64,000 nucleotides of DNA from Epiperipatus broadwayi (lineage: Eukaryota; Animalia; Onychophora): the NCBI GenBank assembly GCA_028023455.1, contig JAQFVV010000004.1, positions 6,262,001-6,326,000 of the forward strand. The letters are read 5' to 3'. Of the stretch, positions 52,101 through 63,100 are shown one piece after another. Within the stretch, counting starts at the first letter, position 1, and each line of letters opens with the position of its first letter. The notes beneath the pieces were generated by a model, which saw only the letters and a program-made list of their open reading frames with translations, ran no database searches and was not told the origin of the DNA. A program made the position numbers and the translations under genes.

Positions 52101-55100
52101 CTTATTATATATTTTAAATGGGAGGGATAAGAATTGATTTACATAGATAGCGTTTAGATATTAATAATAAAATTTAGTACAGATTTACCTTTGCGTTAGT
52201 TATTCAGTAATTATCATTTACGTTTTCTAATCACTTCATTTGCCAAATAAAGTCCAATGATTCAAATATGTCCGAGGTAAACGGATACGTCTATAAGTGC
52301 CTTATAAATTAATTGCAAACCTACGTTTTTTTTTTTCTTGTTTGTGTTATTATCTCCGTTCATCCGATAGGTTTTCCTCCCCACCCTGGGAGTGAGTTAG
52401 CTTGGGTCAGGCACCTCGTTAATCGGGAAATATAATTCTCACTGTAATAGTGAGTTTCGCTGAGGTCATCGATAAATTGACGCTCATAAATATATTCTCC
52501 AGACATTTTTTTATATTTAGATCTTATTGAAGATACAGGCTACCAGAACTTTTATTCACTTATCTTAAATCCTATTTCCACACTTAAATTTCGCAATAAA
52601 CAATACTTATGAATAATTCATATCAGAATTTTCTTTGATGGGTAATATTTAAATATTACCTACAGGTGTTATGGCGACTAGACAGCCATAGAAATTCCAT
52701 CTAGTCTTCGGTTAGGCTCTCTGGTCCACTTCTTGCGATCTATATTACTTGGTTTAAGTTCACCAACGTCGGATAAGATGTGGAAAGGGGCTGCCCGTTA
52801 AACTATATATATGATGCTTTAACATTACAATAATGTTCACTCTTAATTCAGTGTTTAAAAAACAAAATAATGTGTGGCATTATTTAATATGAACTTTAAC
52901 TTTATTATTACTGATTAAATGGATTAATGTAGCTAGTGAATAAAACTTTTTAGAAAACATCATTTTTGTATATAAGGAAGAACTATCCAAGCTTTATTAT
53001 CAGTAATTATATTTTAATTCAATTTTAACTTAGCATAAAATGGTTTTACTACTGAAAACATATATGATTGTTTGGAGGTCTTCTTTATTAACTCAGAAAT
53101 ATATTTATCAATATAATCCATATAAAAAGAATTAAAACTTCTTTTATGTTGTTATTTTTAAACAATAAAAATTTATTATTATAAGATATAATAAAATATC
53201 TATATATACAACAAAAAACATGAAAAAAATAAATTTTCAATAGAAAAGCTTTTTTCGATACATACAATTTGTATCTTTTTCAATATGTCTGCTGACGATT
53301 ACCGTTAAATACATATAGCGACATCTATTCATAATAAAACCAACTAAAACAATATCAACATCATTATTTTACAAATATATACAATACAACATAAAAATTA
53401 TATATATTCCTTCATTGAGTATAGGATATTCAAATATACTCAAAAACATATAAAATATATTAATATTGATATTTTGCCTATCTATCTTTCCATTCATCTA
53501 ATTTTAGCCAATTATTAGTCAAATTAATTGAACCTTTATAAATGTTCATGCAATTACTACCATTATTTTTAATATAACTAGTTTCATATACTTTACGCCT
53601 ATTAACATTTTTCAAGTAATTTAGTGCAAATATATTTTTAGTACAATCTATTTTATGACCATATTCAAATAATGTATAAACAAAGCGGATTTATCATCTC
53701 TCCTATTTATTGCTCGTTATGTTCTTTAGCTCTTATTTCTAATTGTTTACATGTATGTCCATAGTATACTCTTTTACAAATACCACATATAATTTTATAA
53801 ACCATTCCTTTCTTATATTTTAAATTATCCATTATTTTATAGTTACCTATTAATTTATCCAAATCTTTACTATTTGCCCAACCTATATTTATATCTTTTT
53901 TATTATTTACATAATTTTTTAATAATGCATTATATATTTTAGGATGATATGAAATTTTTATCCATTTATTATTAGATTTATTACATCTATTATATTTATT
54001 TTTATAAAAAATATTATCTATACATTTACTTTTATAACCATATTTAATATATAAATTTTTAAATTGCTCTTTATGTAATTTAGCTATATTTTCATTCGTA
54101 TTATATCTATCGTTTTTAATTTTAAAATTTTTAATTACTGCAAGTTTTTGGGTCCATGCCTGTTGTGAATCGACAGCAATTATTTTCCTCGTATTATCTT
54201 CTTTTATAAAATGTTTTAATACAATTTTTTTATTATCATCTAAACTAAGCTCTATGTCTAAATATTTTATTTTTTGTTTAATTTCCGAAATTGTAAATTT
54301 TATATTATATATATTTTTATTAAAATCATTATACATATGTTTTATTCTTTTATTACCAATTATTAAAGTATCATCTACATAACGAAAATAATGTGTTATA
54401 TCCTTATTAATCAATCTATTTTTAACTATATTAATCTCTAACTCATCAATAAATACTGATGAAATCAAACCACTAATAGCACAACCCATCACCCATCCTT
54501 TATTTATATACCAATATTTATTATTATATTTAAAATATAAATTATTATGTATTAACATTAAACATTCTTCAATTATTTTTACTATTTTCATATCCTTAAT
54601 TTTTCCATACAATTTCTTTATTAATATTTCAATACTTTTTATTCTTGGGATACTAGGGTACATTTTTTCAATGTCCATTACAAAAATACTATTACATCTA
54701 TTTACCTGTATATTATTTAATTTATCTACTATATCGTCTGTGTTTTTAATACAATATTCACCGTAACCTAATATTTCTGCTAACCATTTATTTAAATAAC
54801 TACTAAACTTTTGTAATATAAAATTACTAAAATTAAATAATAATCTAATTGGATTATTATCTTTATGAGTTTTTATTTTAGCAAAAACATAAGGTTTTCA
54901 AAAGATGAAGGGTATAAAGATCTATATTTTTTCATATCAATAACATTATTATCCCTCATTTTTATCAATAATTTTATATATCTACCCTTTATTCGTCCAA
55001 TAGGATCCTTATTTAAAACATCATAACCTTCTTTTTTTATTTCACATTCTATTTTATCTATATATTCATTTTTATATATAACTACAAATTTACAACCTTT

Positions 55101-58100
55101 ATCTTCTTTACATATGATAATATCTTCTTAATACATATATCTTTTATTTCTTTAGTAATCGTCTATAACTGTAGGATCTTTTTTGATCATTTATATCATC
55201 ATTATTATTATACAACTGATTAGCTATTATACAATATAAATTCTTCTTTTCTTCCGTAGATACATTTGCAAGTTCTATATCTGTTATAATTTTCTTTTTT
55301 ATATCATTATCCATAAATGGTATAAATCCTGGATTTTTACTCAATAGCATATTTTGTTCATTTGAAAAGTGATAATTCGTTAAATTTATAAAATTGTTTA
55401 AAATTTTTTATTACAATAATTATATCTATAACTAATATTTCCATTATTAATTATATTTAAAGAGAAGATTATTATATTTCTGCATAACAATAAAAACTCA
55501 TAAAGATAATAATCCAATTAGATTATTATTTAATTTTAGTAATTTTATATTACAAAAGTTTAGTAGTTATTTAAATAAATGGTTAGCAGACATATTAGGT
55601 TCCGATCTGTATTAAAAACACAGACGATATAGTAGATAAATTAAATAATATACAGGTAAATAGATGTAATAGCATTTTTGTAATGGACATTGAAAAAATG
55701 TACCCTAGTATCCCAAGAATAAAAAGTATTGAAATATTAATAAAGAAATTGTATGGAAAAATTAAGGATATGAAAATAGTAAAAATAATTGAAGAATGTT
55801 TAATGTTAATACATAATAATTTATATTTTAAATATAATAATAAATATTGGTATATAAATAAAGGATGGGTGATGGGTTGTGCTATTAGTGGTTTGATTTC
55901 ATCAATATTTATTGATGAGTTAGAGATTAATATAGTTAAAAATAGATTGATTAATAAGGATATAACACATTATTTTCGTTATGTAGATGATACTTTAATA
56001 ATTGGTAATAAAAGAATAATAAAACATATGTATAATGATTTTAATAAAAATATATATAATATAAAATTTACAATTTCGGAAATTAAACAAAAAATAAAAT
56101 ATTTAGACATAGAGCTTAGTTTAGATGATAATAAAAAAATTTATTAAAACATTTTATAAAAGAAGATAATATGAGGAAAATAATTGCTGTCGATTCACAA
56201 CAGGCATGGACCCAAAAACTTGCAGTAATTAAAAATTTTAAAATTAAAAACGATAGATATAATACAAATGAAAATATAACTAAATTACATAAAGAGCAAT
56301 TTAAAATTTATATATTAAATATGGTTATAAAAGTAAATGTATAGATAATATTTTTTATAAAAATAAATATAATAGATGTAATAAATCTAATAATAAATGA
56401 ATAAAAATTTCATATCATCCTAAAATATATAATGCATTATTAAAAAATTATGTAAATAATAAAAAAGATATAAATATAGGTTGGGCAAATAGTAAAGATT
56501 TGGATAAATTAATAGGTAACTATAAAATAATGGATAATTTAAAATATAAGAAAGGAATGGTTTATAAAATTATATGTGGTATTTGTAAAAGAGTATACTA
56601 TGGACATACATGTAAACAATTAGAAATAAGAGCTAAAGAACATAACGCAGCAATAAATAGGAGAGATGATAAATCCGCTTTGTTTATACATTATTTGGAA
56701 TATGGTCATAAAATAGATTGTACTAAAAATATATTTGCACTAAATTACTTGAAAAATGTTAATAGGCGTAAAGTATATGAAACTAGTTATATTAAAAATA
56801 ATGGTAGTAATTGCATGAACATTTATAAAGGTTCAATTAATTTGACTAATAATTGGCTAAAATTAGATGAATGGAAAGATAGATAGGCAAAATATCAATA
56901 TTAATATATTTTATATGTTTTTGAGTATATTTGAATATCCTATACTCAATGAAGGAATATATATAATTTTTATGTTGTATTGTATATATTTGTAAAATAA
57001 TGATGTTGATATTGTTTTAGTTGGTTTTATTATGAATAGATGTCGCTATATGTATTTAACGGTAATCGTCAGCAGACATATTGAAAAAGATACAAATTGT
57101 ATGTATCGAAAAAAGCTTTTCTATTGAAAATTTATTTTTTTCATGTTTTTTGTTGTATATATAGATATTTTATTATATCTTATAATAATAAATTTTTATT
57201 ATTTATCAATATATATATATTTTAATCAGCTTCGAACTTGCACATATTATGATTGTAACTAAAAAAACCTTTGAATATGTCCTGGATATATAAATAATTT
57301 GCAATTAAGCTAACCTTTAATACTTTATTTAATTTAGCACCTAAAGCAATTGTCTATTTGCCTTAGCTATAGGACCAGCTCTGCATATGTGAATTACTCT
57401 ATCTATTTGGGATCATAATTTAATAGCTGTGGTTGTCCATCTGTCAAACAATAATAATAAGAAAATCTAATAATATCCAATTGTATTTTGAACATATGCC
57501 CTTAAATGTATAAATTTTATTCAATAGTTTCAGTATTTTCTCCCATGAAGCAGAATTTTTATAATCTTATTATATGTGTTATATTATTAAAATGAGTTAA
57601 AAAGTAAAAATAGATGTTAAAAGAAAAAAAGGCCATATAAAATCTGAAAGATGTTGATTCGAGTTAATAAATATCAGAAGAGAAAATGAATTTAAGGATA
57701 AAATAAAATTTTATAAAATTCAAACAATAATAATAAACATTTAATTGTTAAAAGAAATTTTTTTTAAAAAAGCTTGACATTGAAAAATATTATTTAAAGA
57801 TCATCAGAGGGTGAGATAAATAGAAAGTTTATAATAAAATAAAAAAAATGATTGCATAAGTCATTTAAAATTACCAAATTCTAAAATGAAATATAAATAT
57901 TATGAAAGTAAAGAAAATGAAGTCGCTAAAGATGAAAAGAAAGTACTGAAAAATATAATTAGCCATAATTTGGAATGTGAGAATACAAAAAAAAAAAAAA
58001 ATTTAAATGAAAGACTTTAATTTTATTTAAAAAATCTAGAAAGAAATAGTTTTTTCTAACCCCAACTCTATGTTTTTGTACACAGGTTTTATGTCCACAC

Positions 58101-60717
58101 TCCTTCCAAAATTCCTTATATACCATATCAAACTTATCAAATTCATTAGTTCCATTATTCTATAATCAAATTCTCCAATTTCATAACAACGACTTAAAAA
58201 AAAAAAAGTTTCTACCTTCTTTATTCCCTTTAAAAGTTCCTCACTCTCCATAAAATCTATTCTGATCCTCTTTCATAAATGCATATTCCGATTAAAATTA
58301 TTTACCATACCTTAAATAATTGAAAGGCAATAATAACACAGCCGCTTATATGGAGAAAATATGAAGAGTATTAAATATAATCTTAAAACACACACTCTTT
58401 CGCAGCTCCATATAAAGTACATCTACAATGGCAAATTCTTATTCCATTTTTGTTTTACTTTCCTTGATAATCAAAGTTCCTGCCCTTACACCAAACAAAT
58501 AACAATACGATGTCTTTAATATTGACATAGATCCACTCATATTTTAAATAATTCTTATTCACATATAATTCCAAACTACTTTAATTCATATTTGTTTATA
58601 TAACTTTAATTCTTTTTCTCTAATTAACTTATTCTCTTTTCCCATCCCTCATAATTATATGCCTAATTTCATTCTCTATATAATTACATAGAGCTAAATT
58701 GTTTATTTATTGCAAAACTTTTTTTTGCCCAATGTGTTTCTTGTCCTTTCTAAACACTAATTTTATTGATCTATTCATTCATGTATTATAACATTCCAAA
58801 TATTTTTAATCTTTCTTATTAAAAAACAAGTCTATTTATTCCTTTCACGTTGAAGACTGCTGTCCATAATTCAGTTCTTTTAATGCATATCTACCTATTT
58901 CTTTTTGTTTTCCATCAAAAAATTTCTGAGATCCTTAATAATATATATTTTTCCAAATGTTAAAGCAAATACTGTCATTCCTTCCCAAGTAATTCTACAT
59001 ACCTAAGATTTATTATATGAGAAACAGGCCAGATTTATAACTAATCCCATTCTATTTTTTGTTTTTCTTCAATTATCTACATAATTCCTTTTCCTATTTA
59101 ACAAAATACTCCCATTTTTTATCTTTCTCATTAAATTCTATGATCTAAGTTTTTTTTTTTACACAATTTAATGTTCCTATTTATTTTTGCTTCTCCAATT
59201 TCTATAATAACAACTGCATATTTTTAAAAAAAAAAAGTCACATCATCTATAACTAAAAAAAACTATCATATTACACATTCTCCTTTTTTCAACTGCAGGA
59301 ATTCTCATCCCTATTTCTAGATTTTCTATCCCAACTTTGAATTCTGTCAGAAACAAAATAAATAATTTCAATCAAATTCAGACTTAACTTTTTTTATCCT
59401 TCAAATTGGTACTTATAAAAATTATCCATATAATAATACTTAATCTTATTTTCAAGATTTCTCTACTATCTATTTCTATCATAAACCTTTTCTACATCTA
59501 AAAATGCAATAAATAATAGTTATTAACAATCAACTAAGGTTCAATGAATAAATATCTCCTATCTTTCTCCATGAACAAAATCCATTCTTAATCATAACCA
59601 AAATTTCTATCTCTTTAATTCCCAACCCTATTCATTAAGATATATGTAAATACTATTTTTTTTTAATATATAAATTATGGCAGTTATTGGTTCTGGTCTA
59701 TAGCCAGTTAACAATCTAAAATTGATTCTCTTTTCTTTATTGTTATTATATAAACTACACTCTTCCATTCATTTGGAATCTTATCTATTATTATTTTACT
59801 AAAACTTTCTCTTAAAATAAGCCTTACGTATTTTCCATACCTACTGCCATATTATAAAATTCTGTTGCTTTTCTTTTTTTAAAAATATACTTATTATTCT
59901 ATTCAATTTCACATGTCACTTTATCCATCTTCTCATACTTAACCTCTCTAATAAATCATATTCAATTATCAATTCTCCTTTATCTAAAGTTCTTTTAGAT
60001 TCTCTATCCTCATTTCTTTCTTTTATTTGCATTTAACAATATAATATCCTTTTCTTTTCTTTATTTACCTTCAAAAATTTTTTGAGTCCTCTCTTTTCTG
60101 CCTTATTAATTTCTCCAGTAGCTTCTTATTAAGTTCACCCCCTTTCCACCTGAATTCTATTCTAGTTACTTCTTATATCCTTAAATAGCTATCCCACTTA
60201 ACCATTACCCATCTCTCTTCTTCCATAAAGAGCTTCTCTATAATCTCTATATTCCATACTTTCTAAAGTTCTCTCTATTTTCTCTTATTAATCCTGTAGG
60301 TTCTAAATAAACACTCATTTCCCATTTTTCTAGTATAGTATGAGATCTACATTAAATTCTTCTTTGCCTTAAAGTTAAATTATGTTAAGTTTGTTATAAG
60401 AGACAATAGTCATTATTTAAGACAAGCTACTTGACTATAATACAATTAGTCAAGGAGCATGTTATCACAAAAAATAAAATATACATCCTTGCCATAAAAA
60501 GTACTGCAAAAAAAATGTTATTTTTAATAATAAACAATGTTATATAATCTCAATTTAAAATAAGAAAAAGTAGATAATTATGATTTACCAGTATTTAATG
60601 TACTGCTTGTTGTTGGTGGGGTGCTTGGAGTCGAACTGATGGTGCTCGAAGGAATTATACTCTTTTTGGAGACACCTTTCTTAGCTTTTACAGAACTACT
60701 TGGACTTGTGTTAAATC
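9941..60717 (-). CDS. PLCE1: Phospholipase C epsilon, partial: 9 exons joined (60589-60717, 49687-49828, 43626-43750, 29945-30108, 29448-29606, 29139-29241, 27551-27735, 12776-12904, 9941-10135)
   Basis: Spliced exons give one open frame of 1331 nt with matching phases. It contains Y-box motifs ([54 protein letters not shown]), a C2 domain ([36 protein letters not shown]) and a Ras-association domain ([37 protein letters not shown]). An RA domain plus a Ser-rich insert in the Y box indicates the epsilon class. Confidence 0.95.
11430..11720 (-). mobile_element. Probable Penelope-like 3' relic with a broken hammerhead
   Basis: CTGATGA-AGGCC at 11474-11463 (-) with the GAAA lost; a faint Cys-containing GIY-YIG-like relic upstream. 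Confidence 0.35.
12615..12700 (-). mobile_element. Old tRNA-derived SINE head
   Basis: A-box-like tagtgtggtgg and B-box-like gggattgatccc. Similar decayed heads at about 15170-15270 (-), 16715-16800 (+) and 35000-35065 (+). Confidence 0.45.
12776..12904 (-). CDS. PLCE1: PLC-epsilon exon, RA domain part 1
   Basis: [43 protein letters not shown]; ag/gt bounded, phase 0/0. Confidence 0.92.
13740..14910. mobile_element. Retrozyme-like array: one inverted unit plus tandem 450-nt units with hammerhead motifs
   Basis: Hammerhead-like motifs at 13915-13957 (-), 14221-14256 (+) and 14664-14705 (+). GAAA at 14241 and 14691 gives a 450-nt period. 13740-14170 is the reverse complement of parts of 14250-14910. 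No ORF. Homologous to the 3203/22302/27222 family. Confidence 0.7.
16090..16160. repeat. Small inverted repeat (MITE-like)
   Basis: tgctagtctttcacatg..caattgtct / agacaattg..catgtgaaagactagca. Confidence 0.8.
17316..17457. repeat. Hairpin with arms of about 65 bp (MITE-like)
   Basis: Near-perfect inverted arms around a spacer of about 12 nt; no clear TSD. Confidence 0.85.
18247..19055 (+). mobile_element. 5'-truncated Penelope-like element with a zero-spacer palindrome of the GIY-YIG region and two degenerate hammerheads
   Basis: GIY-YIG: [31 protein letters not shown]...KVGEACFI. Palindrome centre 18469/18470, arms about 220 bp. Hammerhead-like motifs at 18871-18913 and from 18969. 14-bp TSD TAAAACAGAAAATA (18233-18246, 19056-19069). 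Confidence 0.88.
22302..22627. mobile_element. Hammerhead-bearing foldback element, copy 2 (best preserved), inserted in Gypsy pol
   Basis: Arms about 22351-22473 and 22505-22627; TSD gatatgctttaa / gatatgttttaa (22290-22301, 22628-22639). Confidence 0.88.
22473..22513 (+). ncRNA. Minimal type I hammerhead ribozyme motif in the hairpin loop
   Basis: TCCTCA-CTGATGA-TGGC/CACAA/GCCA-GAAA-CTAG-TC-TGGGA; palindromic stem III (CTAG); GUC cleavage predicted after 22508. Confidence 0.8.
23095..24550 (-). mobile_element. 5'-truncated RTE-like LINE (RT and C-terminus) inserted in Gypsy gag
   Basis: [61 protein letters not shown]; (TGA)n 3' tail at 23097-23113. Confidence 0.93.
25362..26300. mobile_element. 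Non-autonomous Tc1/mariner-type element inserted in the Gypsy 5' LTR
   Basis: TIRs CACCTGGGTCTCGATTTATGCGG / CCGCATAAAACGAAACCCAGGTG, TA on both sides; removing it restores the LTR. Confidence 0.88.
27222..27391. mobile_element. Foldback element, copy 3 (centre deleted, no ribozyme left)
   Basis: Same outer ends as copies 1 and 2; perfect 12-bp TSD TAATAATGTTTT (27210-27221, 27392-27403). Confidence 0.88.
27551..27735 (-). CDS. PLCE1: PLC-epsilon exon, end of C2 plus linker
   Basis: [29 protein letters not shown]...KSDKE; ag/gt bounded. Confidence 0.95.
29139..29241 (-). CDS. PLCE1: PLC-epsilon exon, C2 domain part 2
   Basis: [35 protein letters not shown]; ag/gt bounded. Confidence 0.95.
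29448..29606 (-). CDS. PLCE1: PLC-epsilon exon, C2 domain part 1
   Basis: [53 protein letters not shown]; ag/gt bounded. Confidence 0.95.
29667..29762 (-). mobile_element. 96-bp tRNA-like micro-SINE or retroposed tRNA-like copy (anticodon TAC)
   Basis: Acceptor stem GCATTGG/CCAATGC (29759-29683), anticodon arm ACTGC-CTTACAA-GCAGT, aberrant T arm, short tail; 13-bp TSD ACAACTATTTAAT (29654-29666, 29763-29775). Confidence 0.8.
29945..30108 (-). CDS. PLCE1: PLC-epsilon exon ([23 protein letters not shown]...NLSIT)
   Basis: End of the Y box; ag/gt bounded, phase 1/0. Confidence 0.96.
31968..32217. repeat. Long foldback hairpin (arms about 110 bp, spacer about 28 nt)
   Basis: agtgaatgttgaatgtataga...gtaattacac versus its reverse complement, with few mismatches. 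Confidence 0.9.
33720..34020 (-). mobile_element. Mariner transposase C-terminal relic
   Basis: [21 protein letters not shown]...[21 protein letters not shown]. Confidence 0.9.
37868..42735 (-). mobile_element. Internally deleted Gypsy element (gag, protease and integrase relics; no RT seen)
   Basis: LTRs 42206-42735 and 37868-40342 (interrupted), TG..CA ends, 5-bp TSD TAAAC. PBS-like tggcgcagt, PPT ggggaggaag. [15 protein letters not shown] integrase fragment. Confidence 0.9.
37956..39890. other. Unclassified insertion of about 1.9 kb splitting the Gypsy 3' LTR
   Basis: Comparison with the intact LTR places both breakpoints in a TA run. Richer in GC and CpG than the flanks, has a terminal hairpin and no long ORF. 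Confidence 0.7.
43626..43750 (-). CDS. PLCE1: PLC-epsilon exon ([41 protein letters not shown])
   Basis: Hallmark PLC Y-box sequence; donor gtaag. Confidence 0.96.
43965..47800 (-). mobile_element. Decayed RTE-like LINE, same family as 23095-24550, interrupted by a Merlin element
   Basis: Endonuclease [17 protein letters not shown] (47516-47731), [20 protein letters not shown]; 3' end similar to the 23114 copy. Confidence 0.9.
45992..47424 (-). mobile_element. Second Merlin-like element, internally deleted, with internal tandem repeats
   Basis: TIRs of about 42 bp GGTAATAGTATGTATACTGAAC..; 8-bp TSD TTTTTGTT / TTTTTGTC. N-terminal transposase relic [26 protein letters not shown]. Degenerate repeats at about 46100-46800. 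Confidence 0.78.
49687..49828 (-). CDS. PLCE1: PLC-epsilon exon ([48 protein letters not shown])
   Basis: Acceptor tttcag; Y-box motif SSLNE; ends at the U12 donor ATATCCTTT. Confidence 0.92.
53116..57200. mobile_element. Penelope-like retroelement as a divergent inverted pair (long copy on -, 5'-truncated copy on +)
   Basis: RT ([38 protein letters not shown]) and GIY-YIG ([24 protein letters not shown]). Arms of about 1.7 kb nearly identical. Candidate 13-bp TSD ATTTATCAATATA (53103-53115, 57201-57213). Confidence 0.93.
57076..57126 (+). ncRNA. Candidate variant hammerhead in the Penelope 3' region (identical copy on - at about 53237-53287)
   Basis: ATA-TTGAAAA-A-GATAC..GTATC-GAAA-AAAGCTTT-TC-TAT: U3/A8 in place of C3/G8, palindromic stem III, only a 3-bp stem I. 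Confidence 0.5.
57900..60400 (-). mobile_element. Very decayed LINE-like relic
   Basis: Strongly strand-biased, purine-rich coding-like texture on - with no intact ORF. Family not determined. Confidence 0.4.
60589..60717 (-). CDS. PLCE1: PLC-epsilon exon, Y-box Ser/Thr-rich insert (G|[14 protein letters not shown]...STLNT)
   Basis: Bounded by ttttaaag| and |gtaaat, phase 1/1, and joins in frame to the 49828 exon. Sequence is low complexity, so the call rests on splice signals, phase and position. Confidence 0.8.
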
Positions 60718-62699
60718 CTTTAAAAATATTTTTAAATTGCAATAATAATAATAATCAAATAGAATGTGACATTAAAGTCACCTCTATTTCCCAGAAATAC
60801 TTGAATAATAAATAATTGTATGAGTAACGTGGAAATAAAACATACAATTGTAGATGTTAATGTAAAACATTTAGAAAAATAAATAAACTTAGAAGACATG
60901 AATCTATGAAAAAAAAGAATAGAAAATTTTCACTCATATTAAAATACATTATTAGACATACATATACACTCTAAATGCATCCACACACACACATTATAAA
61001 ATAAAAAAAATGCTACAATAAAAATTAGAAGTATGATATGGAGAACACCATTCAAAACATCTGACAAATATAATTCATGACTCATTTGATGTTTGGTTCT
61101 AATAGTTACTAATTTTCTGATAAACACACCAACAACAAAACTACAAAGATTAATAGCTGATCTCATAAAAATGAGGAATAATATTTAAAAAATAGCAAAA
61201 AAATTGTGAGCAAAAATTAAACAGTAAAAATTGAAAGAAGTCTTTCTGCAAATTGCATTAAGAGCGAGCTAAGGATATGTTATATTTATATAAGAAGAGA
61301 AGTTAGTTTGTAGTTGAAATTAGAAAAAGAATTCTACAATATAAATTGTAATCACCGGGAAGTGTAAAAGTTGAAATCATAAAAACATATTGTTTTCAAA
61401 GAAAAAGTAAAGTACTCCAGAAGCAAAAACAAGAAATAATTAATTATAGAAAAAGATTGCTTAAAGAAATAAAAACAAAAAGATAGTCGTTTGTTTAATA
61501 AGAAATAACTAATTACAGAATTTTGAAATGCTCCAGTCCTGTTCATTTAATTAACTAAATAATAATGGTAAAAGAAAAATGGGAATTAAAAAACTGGAAA
61601 GATTTTGTTTGTGATTAAATTAAAATACATTAATTAAATCTGTTAAGGCAAGATTTAATTAGTGCGAAAATAAGCTAAGAAAATATGCAGTAATATAAAT
61701 AGAGAGAAATTTTGGCTACAAGTGTTCTGCTTGTTCACTAACTTTCATGGAAGATGTCTCTGGCATCAAGAAATTAGCCGAACAAAAGAGCCATTAGTGT
61801 TAACCTGCAGTCATCAAGGAGTTTCCTATCCAGGCACCTATTAACTGAAGGTTAATAAGCTAGTTAGGATTTCATACAATCACCCTGATTTTATTATTAT
61901 TTTTTACATGCCTGAGAAGGCTCACAGAGGAATTACTACCCAGAGGGTAATATGACTCTGTTTTGTCAGTTAGACTTTTAATTAATATTGTGGACTGAGA
62001 AATTAGAACTGTTTTTAGTGAAATACATCTATATCTATAGATGTGCAGAACAGTAATGAAATTGAATTCTAAATGTTTCTGTGAATGTGGATTGCATAGT
62101 AGTGTTATATATTTTGTCTGTTTATTCAATAAATAAGTAATTTTGATTATATTGGGTATTTGAATTTATTTAATTCCCAATTATCATATTTTGCTGTGAT
62201 CTGTTACATTTTCTTTATAGCAGATATATAGCAGGATGTCAAAGAAAAAAAAGTCATTCAAATCTAAAGTTATGATAAGAGTTTAATACAGAATGGTAGT
62301 ATAGAGAATTTTATCGTTCCAATCTCCAATTACTTTCAATCACAATTTTATTATTAATATTATTCATGAAGTAAAGTGAGAATGTTTAGTAAAATTATGT
62401 TTATTTATTTTATACTTGACAGATTGCTACATTTAATTCATAAATACATGTAATTTAAATTTGAATCTACTGGAGAAAGTATTATGTCTGTATGGGAATC
62501 TTATTATAAAGTGGATTTGATAAGTTAAACAAAAAAAAAATATCAATGAGATATTCTAGAGATGATAATAATAGCAGACAAGACACAGGAATTCCTTCCA
62601 ACCAGAAATATTCCTTATTAATTTATTGATGCTTGACAACTTCCTTGGTTATTGCTCCAGGATTCATAAAATTCCTGCACTGATAACACAAATTTAAAG

Positions 62700-63100
62700 G
62701 AATAAAATTCTTGGATATGTATATTTAACAATCCAATAATGAAATAAATTATAAAATGGGCATTAACTTTTTCCATGTCCACGGTGCTATTCACACTCAT
62801 TCACATATTCCCACTTCACACAAATTAGCTGGCTTCAAGTATTTTCTTCATAGAAACCAAAAGCTTTGTAAGTTTGAGGCAGACAGAAAAAATAACATTG
62901 AAAATTACATCAAAGACTTAGTCAATGTAAGTAATAATCAAAATTGCTTATTAAGATGCCTCAAAAAATTTTATTCTATAAAAATCACCAGGCCTCTGGA
63001 CCATAAAAATACTAATACATGTATTATCATTCCATTTGGTGTAACACAAAGATTAAAAATAATTTGCTCCGAGAAATTTAATGAACCCCTCTTAACCTAA
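62700..63100 (+). mobile_element. Penelope-like RT C-terminal fragment
   Basis: IHTHSHIPTSHKLAGFKYFLHR resembles the post-RT HPxSHKxAxF motif of Penelope-like ORFs. Confidence 0.55.

Noticed and set aside
52430-52480. Hammerhead-like string on - (TCGATGA..GAAA-CTCAC..GTGAG)
   Set aside because: U4 is changed, there is no stem II and no UH cleavage site.
53285-53330. CTGACGA on the strand antisense to the Penelope copy
   Set aside because: No downstream stem II or GAAA.
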